Assembly (NCBI GenBank): GCA_038042445.1
Contig: JBBTED010000014.1
Span: forward strand, 1-13,462
Length of the DNA: 13,462 nt
Source: Candidatus Firestoneibacteriota bacterium
Lineage (GTDB): Bacteria > Oederibacteriota > D2-FULL-39-29 > JBBTED01
Direction of reading: 5' to 3'
Position numbers and translations under genes: made by a program. Shown here piece after piece: positions 8,452 to 13,462 of the stretch. The notes beneath the pieces were generated by a model, which saw nothing but the letters and a program-made list of their open reading frames with translations, did no database searches and was not told the DNA's origin. The first letter of the stretch is position 1. Each line of letters opens with the position of its first letter.

Positions 8452-9051
8452 TTATTTTTGATACATACGCCTTAACTCCTGTTCGCTTTTATTGAAAAGC
8501 TCCTCGCCTTTAATTTCATTTAGAACATTATTTAGAATACGTTCTAATTTTTGAATTTCTTTCTCTTTTTCATCACTAGACACATTCTTGTTAGTTACTA
8601 CAGTTTGAATTTTAAATTTTATTGAATTTACCATGTTTCCATAATTCCCATAGTAAATTTTCTTGCCAAAAAAAGGTTCTAAGATAAATGACTGCCCTAA
8701 TTTAGAGGTTGTTAAGCTATAAATCCCAATAACGATAACCCAAATTAAAAATGGATATACCAAAACTTTGCTTATGTTATATTTAGAAACATATTTTGTA
8801 TAAAAAGTATTGAATCCAATAAAGAATAAATAGCAAAACAAAAAGATTATTATTGTTCCCAATATTTCACCAACCTGAACAAATAGTTTTTCATACCAAG
8901 CCAACAAAATATCTCCGGGATAAGTGCTATATTCATTAGCGTCACTTCTGGTATATTCCCTATATTGAGCAAGATGAATTGAGTAAGTTACGGAGATGCA
9001 AATCAAAATTAAAATGATGGCTATTGCAATTTGCCTTACAGTATTTTTCAT
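8452..9051 (-). CDS. Hypothetical membrane protein (about 3 TM segments, charged helical C-terminus)
   Basis: 199-aa ATG-started ORF with hydrophobic stretches near residues 8-26, 57-81 and 96-113. No family recognised. Confidence 0.7.
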   Translation of the reverse strand: MKNTVRQIAIAIILILICISVTYSIHLAQYREYTRSDANEYSTYPGDILLAWYEKLFVQVGEILGTIIIFLFCYLFFIGFNTFYTKYVSKYNISKVLVYPFLIWVIVIGIYSLTTSKLGQSFILEPFFGKKIYYGNYGNMVNSIKFKIQTVVTNKNVSSDEKEKEIQKLERILNNVLNEIKGEELFNKSEQELRRMYQK

Positions 9052-9276
9052 AGTTTTGATTATTGTGATATATCCACTAACTCATTTTTATACAAAATAT
9101 ATTTCATTTCTTATGTATTATACGAACATTATGCTAAACTAAATGTAAATTTAATCATATTTTAAGCAAATTATTTGTTTTAAGCAAGCTTTTAAAAACA
9201 GAATTTTTGGGATAAAAACAGAAAATCACATATATAATATATTGCAAATATATGCAGCCAACAACTTATTTTTAAT

Positions 9277-10249
9277 TTAATGCCAAATATCTATTTTTTT
9301 CCGATTTGGACTTATCAAGCTAACTTCTATATCTCTTACTAAAGCTTCCTCATCTCCATCATTTCTAAATCCTATAGTACCATTTGTAAGCTCTGGCAAT
9401 TCTCCTATTAATTGATTTTTGTATTTTTCATAACTATTACTAATAACATCTAACGGTACTTTTCCCAATAAAAATGTACCCTAATTGATATGATAATGTT
9501 TTAACATATCTATGAGGTTTTATTAACTGTTCTTTAGATGAAAATTGTAGCATAAGTCCACTTTCCCATGGTTTCAATTTAATTATTACTCCCAAAGATT
9601 TATTTAATATTTTCATCTTAAATTTTAAATTATATGATTTCCATTCAATTCCTCCCTTAATATATCCACCCAAATATGTTCCTCTAACTACAATGCTTCC
9701 AGCAGGACCTACTTTCCATAATTCCAATATTTGTGAAGGCCAAATCTCAAATATTTCACTAAGTCTTTTATTATTTTCTTCCTCTATTCTATTAATTATT
9801 TCCCATATACGATTATCAGGTACATCTGGTTTATCTATACAATCAGTTAATGCTTTTAAAATTTTTTCTTCATCTTTATGTTTTATTATATTACAATCCC
9901 TTAAATAAAATGGTAATTTCCCTATATCTTTTGTTTTACTACATACAATTATTATAGGTTTGCGAAATGTTTGTCTCATAGCTGTTTCAAAAACAACATT
10001 TTCATATGAATTTTTACTCTTACTATTTCTACTTCTTGACATACAACTAATTACTACATCTGCATTTAAAATATCTCTTATCAATTTTTCATGCAATTCT
10101 CCTCTGATAACCTCTATTGGCTTTATATTAAAATTACTCCCTTTACCAATATTCTCAACCCATTTAAACAATTTATAATGAACTGGTTTATTTCTTTTTG
10201 TAAACCTATCAATAAATATTCCTTTGTACATCTTTAATTTATTTTTCAT
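9277..10249 (-). pseudogene. Probably frameshifted gene: N-terminal nucleoside-deoxyribosyltransferase/TIR-like domain plus C-terminal ConA-like (DUF1080-like) beta-sandwich; spans ORFs 9440-10249 and 9277-9468
   Basis: The N-terminal part has ADVVISCMS...NVVFE.AMR....KPIIIV...LPF. The C-terminal part begins WKSYNLKFKMKI, and its expected last strands (GTIGFRN...ALVRDIEV) lie in the overlapping +1 frame. Confidence 0.6.
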
Positions 10250-10259
10250 TTTGCATCCC

Positions 10260-10324
10260 AGAACTTATTATTTTATTAGTTCTGTTTATGTATAGTAAAC
10301 AGAACTTACATTTAGACAAGTTCT
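10260..10324. promoter_or_regulatory. Tandem palindromic operator-like region upstream of ORF 10249
   Basis: Two 24-bp palindromes AGAACT-N12-AGTTCT (10260-10283 and 10301-10324), linked by a perfect 11-bp inverted repeat (10278-10288 and 10296-10306). Confidence 0.55.
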
Positions 10325-10382
10325 ATTTTGCATTTTAAATAAAACCATAACATTTATTTAAAATTCAATCCCTCTATTAGAA

Positions 10383-10469
10383 TGGCGGAGAGCGCAGGAG
10401 TTGAACCTGCAAGGGATTGCTCCCGTCGGATTTCAAGTCCGATGCCTTAGCCAGTTAGACTAGCTCTCC
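10383..10469 (-). tRNA. tRNA-Ser(UGA)
   Basis: Acceptor stem GGAGAGC/GCTCTCC, discriminator G, encoded CCA, anticodon arm TCGGA-CTTGAAA-TCCGA, long variable arm GGGA-GCAA-TCCC and T arm GCAGG-TTCAACT-CCTGC. Confidence 0.96.
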
Positions 10470-10509
10470 GTTTTATTAAAATGCTTTAAAACAAATCACT
10501 TTTATAAAT

Positions 10510-11685
10510 TCAGCTTTTTTGCACATATTGATTAGACGTGACTTGTGCCATATTTGTGCCATCTTTTTTCTTGTAAAGACTCTCTACTGCCTCTTTTTTA
10601 TGTTTTGGACTTAGATGTGCATACCTCAACGTCATTGCAATAGTTTTATGTCTCATCAACTCTTTCACAGTTACTAAATCTACTCCATTCATAACTAAAT
10701 GGCTCGCAAACGAATGACGAGTGTCGTGAAATTTAAAATCTTCAATACGTGCCATTTTTACAGCTTTTTCAAATGAATTTCTTATACTTTTTTGTGCATC
10801 TCCATTTCTACCTCTAAAAACATATTCACTAACAACAGTGCTCCCGTTTTGCAACTCATATATTGGAGATAAATTTTTCAATGTTTCTTTAACAGTATTA
10901 TTCATAGTAATATAAGCACCTTCTCCATTTTTACTTGTTTCAATATATATCAAATTATTTGGAAAATCTATATTTTTCCACTTCAAATTCAAAATTTCTG
11001 TTTTTCTCATTCCAGTATTAAGTGCCACAATTACTATTGGCTTCAAATATTTAGCAGTCGTTAATGTCCCACAAGCTTTTAATAAATCATCTATCTCTTC
11101 TTGTGTCAAATATCTGACTCTTGAATTATCTTCTTTAAACATTTTAACTTTTTTTACAGGATTTTCTCTTGTATATCCCCATTCAATAGCTTTACTAAAT
11201 AGTGTCTTCAAACAAGCAAGTTCTCTATTTATAGTTGCAGGCTTAATAGTTTTTTTCTCTATTAAATTTACAGCAACAGGTTTAATTTGTCTTAACCTTT
11301 CAGTTTTGTAATCCTCAATCATCTTAACTATTATTTCTGATAAATACATATCAGCAAATTTCACTTTTCTTTGTGGTGGAACTAAAAAATTCTCCCAGTG
11401 CGATAATGAAAGTCTATCTCTATCAGCAGATTTTTTATTGCTTTTAGCCCACTCAAGATAAATCGTAACCATTTCACTGAATCTGATTTGTTTAGTTTGT
11501 TTATTTATATTTGCAAAATATTCTTTCTCTCCATAAGTATTATATAACATCTTTTCAGACCTTATTTTAGCCAATCTATCTTCCGCCTGTTTTTTATTAG
11601 TCCCAATAACTTCTCTCATCCGTTTTCCAGTAATAGGATTTTTATAATCCACTCCCCATTTGTCATCCCGTTTATAAATTTTCAT
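10510..11685 (-). CDS. Tyrosine recombinase / phage-type integrase
   Basis: Catalytic set R (TGMRKTE), K (SKNG), HxxR (FHDTRH), H (MRHK) and Y (LRYAH). PATINRELACLK core-binding region and an N-terminal beta-sheet arm-binding-like segment. Confidence 0.96.
   Translation of the reverse strand: MKIYKRDDKWGVDYKNPITGKRMREVIGTNKKQAEDRLAKIRSEKMLYNTYGEKEYFANINKQTKQIRFSEMVTIYLEWAKSNKKSADRDRLSLSHWENFLVPPQRKVKFADMYLSEIIVKMIEDYKTERLRQIKPVAVNLIEKKTIKPATINRELACLKTLFSKAIEWGYTRENPVKKVKMFKEDNSRVRYLTQEEIDDLLKACGTLTTAKYLKPIVIVALNTGMRKTEILNLKWKNIDFPNNLIYIETSKNGEGAYITMNNTVKETLKNLSPIYELQNGSTVVSEYVFRGRNGDAQKSIRNSFEKAVKMARIEDFKFHDTRHSFASHLVMNGVDLVTVKELMRHKTIAMTLRYAHLSPKHKKEAVESLYKKKDGTNMAQVTSNQYVQKS
10543..10562. 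other. Putative integrase arm-type binding sites
   Basis: Direct repeat TTGTGCCAT at 10543-10551 and 10554-10562 (11-bp period) in the integrase 3' end, about 75 bp from the tRNA. Confidence 0.55.
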
Positions 11686-11688
11686 ATT

Positions 11689-11886
11689 TTATTCACCCCT
11701 TTTATAATAATTTTTCTCTTTAAATTTTTTAATTTTCTTTATGTCAATAGCAGTAAAAATCCTATAATTAAAACGGTCTTTTTGAACTTCTTTTATATGC
11801 CCAAATTTAAACCACTTGATTATTGTATGTCTACTAACACCTATTTTTTTACACGCTTGTTTAGTAGTATATGTTTTTTCTTCCAT
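11689..11886 (-). CDS. MerR-type HTH small DNA-binding protein (possible recombination directionality factor)
   Basis: YTTKQACKKIGVSRHTIIKWFKFGHI...RFNYRIFTAIDI matches the MerR winged-HTH pattern. It ends 3 bp before the integrase start. Confidence 0.8.
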   Translation of the reverse strand: MEEKTYTTKQACKKIGVSRHTIIKWFKFGHIKEVQKDRFNYRIFTAIDIKKIKKFKEKNYYKRGE

Positions 11887-11894
11887 TTAGACAA

Positions 11895-11924
11895 ATTATA
11901 ATAAATTCTGCACAACCCTGTCAA
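11895..11924 (-). promoter_or_regulatory. Consensus sigma70 promoter for the MerR-HTH/integrase transcript
   Basis: TTGACA (11924-11919), 18-nt spacer, TATAAT (11900-11895); only 8 nt before ATG 11886. Confidence 0.75.
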
Positions 11925-11937
11925 TAACTATTTTATT

Positions 11938-12126
11938 TTATTCATTAACAACTTCCACTCTGCCACGTTCAATTAAAGCATCAATATCTTTAACATCAAA
12001 CCTTAAACTTTTACCTAATTTAACAAATGGTATTTTCCTTTCAGAAACCATATTATATAGCGTCTGTTTCCCAAGTCCTAAACATTCAGCTACTTCCTCA
12101 ACCTTTAAAAGTCTTTTATAACTCAT
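11938..12126 (-). CDS. Excisionase-family HTH (HTH_17-like) protein
   Basis: LLKVEEVAECLGLGKQTLYNMVSERKIPFVKLGKSLRFDVKDIDALI is a typical xis-family pattern. Confidence 0.9.
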   Translation of the reverse strand: MSYKRLLKVEEVAECLGLGKQTLYNMVSERKIPFVKLGKSLRFDVKDIDALIERGRVEVVNE

Positions 12127-12199
12127 CTTTAATTTATAAGTTTTCCCTTACTTAATTTCCTATAAAGCAAACAAAAGTAAACATCTTAAGCATTATGCA

Positions 12200-12532
12200 T
12201 CAGTCTCCAAGCAATCTGTTTTGCACATTTAACACTATAGCCAGCCAATCTTGCTGATTTTGCACCATTACCTGTAGAAATAAAATAAAGAATAAATCGT
12301 TCTTGTCTATGGGTCTTTTTCTATTTTGCATTGCTCTTTCTCTTATTTGAAGTTCAATAGTTCGGGGCTTAAAGAAAATCAAATCAATAATTGCTTTAGT
12401 TTCATTGTATGTGAATTGATTTAAGGGTTTTGGTTTTATAAATTCTTTATTATTTAGCAAATAATCAGCTATTCTAACAATCTCTTTTGTATTATATGTT
12501 TCTTTACTTAAATCATTAGTTTCCCTATTCAT
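12200..12532 (-). CDS. Hypothetical protein
   Basis: 110-aa ORF with AGGGTG RBS upstream, co-oriented with the element genes. No family recognised. Confidence 0.65.
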   Translation of the reverse strand: MNRETNDLSKETYNTKEIVRIADYLLNNKEFIKPKPLNQFTYNETKAIIDLIFFKPRTIELQIRERAMQNRKRPIDKNDLFFILFLQVMVQNQQDWLAIVLNVQNRLLGD

Positions 12533-12601
12533 AAAATCACCCTTTCTTTACCATTTAACCTTATCTCTCATAAAGTTCAAATTTCAGTAAAAAACTTCCA
12601 C

Positions 12602-12961
12602 TCAACTACCCTTTTTTAAATAAATTTTCGGACTCACTGAGTTTATTTCACCAATTCCTTTTCTGTTTGGATTATAACCAAGCCTAAACTGATATAGATA
12701 GCAAGTAGTAATACTGGGGCATAAATTCACTTCTTTAGAACTACCATTCATACAATACAAACAGTGTTCTTTTATGGCTTTCAACTGGAATCGTTTCCTT
12801 ATAAAAGGACGTTTCCCAAATTTATATTCCAGAAGAGAACATTCCCAATAAGGTGTTCCTTTGTAGTGATTAGTAATTATTGAGTTACAATCTATATTCC
12901 GTCCTTCTCCACAAGTTTTGCAAAAATAATTTATCGCCCAAATCGGTGTCAATTTTCTCAT
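12602..12961 (-). CDS. Hypothetical protein with duplicated four-cysteine (putative Zn-binding) repeat
   Basis: Two internal repeats: AINYFCKTC...C...CSLLEYKFGKRP and AIKEHCLYC...C...CYLYQFRLGYNP. GGGGG RBS-like run upstream. Confidence 0.75.
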   Translation of the reverse strand: MRKLTPIWAINYFCKTCGEGRNIDCNSIITNHYKGTPYWECSLLEYKFGKRPFIRKRFQLKAIKEHCLYCMNGSSKEVNLCPSITTCYLYQFRLGYNPNRKGIGEINSVSPKIYLKKGS

Positions 12962-12984
12962 TGTTTATTCTACCCCCAAAATCA

Positions 12985-13169
12985 ACTTTAGTTTCTAAAG
13001 TGTCACACTTTATTTTCTAAAGTGTTAATCATTACTGTAAAAGCCTAACGCTTTGATTTTTAAAGTATCAAAAATACAGTTATTTTTAACTTTCCCATTT
13101 GTTTATTTGATTAAATTATACTTTTCTATACTATTTTTCATTTTTCCTCTAACGCTTTAGATTCTAAAG
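12985..13169. repeat. Array of four 15-bp palindromic sites (CTTTAG-N3-CTAAAG consensus); putative origin iterons or operators
   Basis: Cores at 12986-13000, 13008-13022, 13051-13065 and 13155-13169, with an AT-rich tract between the third and fourth. Confidence 0.65.
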
Positions 13170-13222
13170 ACATTGTATATATATACCATTATCTATCCAG
13201 CATACTAAGGTCGTATACTAAG

Positions 13223-13407
13223 CTAAGGTAAGATAGCTATAGATATAGAATTTGTAGGTATTGGCACTCTCCATATCTTATATTGTTCTCTGCCCCAACT
13301 ACCTACAAGTGCATATGTGCAAGCTAAATGATAGAGTCCTGACCATTCTGAAGTTCTTCGTATCCACCCCTTTTCTTGTAAACCTTTAAATGCTTTGGAT
13401 AATGTTG
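13223..13407 (-). pseudogene. 3' part of a winged-helix DNA-binding (possibly replication) gene interrupted by the terminal repeat element
   Basis: Hand translation from 13405: TLSKAFKGLQEKGWIRRTSEWSGLYHLACTYALVGSWGREQYKIWRVPIPTNSISIAILP*. This is a recognition helix plus wing. The frame has no start codon and meets a TAA inside the repeat at 13430-13432. Confidence 0.6.
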
Positions 13408-13459
13408 GTGGAGTTCCCCCAAAATTTCGTTAGGAAATGGTATAAGTTCTTTAAAATCA
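13408..13459. mobile_element. End of a repeated element (probable IS/MITE terminus), right copy, running off the window
   Basis: GTGGAGTTCCCCCAAAATTTCGTTAGGAAATGGTATAAGTTCTTTAAAATCA; 51/52 identical to the reverse complement of 1-52. Confidence 0.7.
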
Positions 13460-13462
13460 AGT

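Larger units (their letters stand above)
10470..13407 (-). mobile_element. Integrase-proximal end of an integrative element (genomic island, satellite-like or prophage remnant) at tRNA-Ser
   Basis: Tyrosine integrase 40 bp from the tRNA, two xis-like HTH genes, phage-like hypothetical genes, a palindrome array and a truncated wHTH gene. The far boundary lies outside the window. Confidence 0.8.

Noticed and set aside
9160..9262. Short direct repeats (TTTTAAGCAA x2, TAAAAACAGAA x2) and an attC-core-like GCAGCCAAC
   Set aside because: The context is very AT-rich and low-complexity, no complete attC fold or partner core site is visible, and I recognised no integron-integrase features in the integrase.
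8287..9276. Duplicated tRNA 3' fragment marking a second island boundary
   Set aside because: I found no copy of TGGCGGAGAG or the T-arm in these spacers.
669..10178. All plus-strand ORFs in the track (for example 669-959, 5776-6015, 7802-8299, 9693-9908)
   Set aside because: They lie wholly or mostly antisense to well-supported minus-strand genes and show no recognisable motifs.
10383..10469. tRNA-Sec or an opal suppressor (TTCA visible on the plus strand)
   Set aside because: The gene is on the minus strand, the anticodon is UGA, and the acceptor stem is a normal 7 bp, so it is tRNA-Ser.
12985..13169. CRISPR array
   Set aside because: The repeats are only 15-19 bp, degenerate and irregularly spaced, and there are no cas genes.
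1..13462. Linear plasmid or phage, or one giant transposon, with 52-bp terminal inverted repeats
   Set aside because: The content is mostly chromosomal housekeeping genes, there is no transposase or terminal-protein polymerase, and the right repeat cuts a gene, which points to elements extending outward.

Overview
AT-rich bacterial chromosomal segment with every credible gene on the minus strand. It is probably a whole contig, because both ends run into inverted copies of the same 52-bp repeat end. Left part (129-8286): housekeeping genes for a P-loop kinase-like protein, dCMP deaminase, an unannotated 45-aa basic protein, apt, a NUDIX hydrolase, a Pit transporter, a DUF47 protein, panD, aspartate dehydrogenase and uvrA. 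Their spacers carry several different classes of short extragenic repeat. Middle part (about 8300-10380): two accessory genes 3' of a tRNA-Ser(UGA). One is a membrane protein; the other is an apparently frameshifted NDT/TIR-like plus beta-sandwich protein behind a double-palindrome operator-like site. Right part (10470-13407): the end of a small integrative element that abuts the 5' end of the tRNA. It holds a tyrosine integrase, two excisionase-like HTH genes, two hypothetical genes, an array of four palindromic iteron/operator-like sites and a winged-helix gene cut by the terminal repeat element. All protein calls come from motif recognition by eye; no searches were run.
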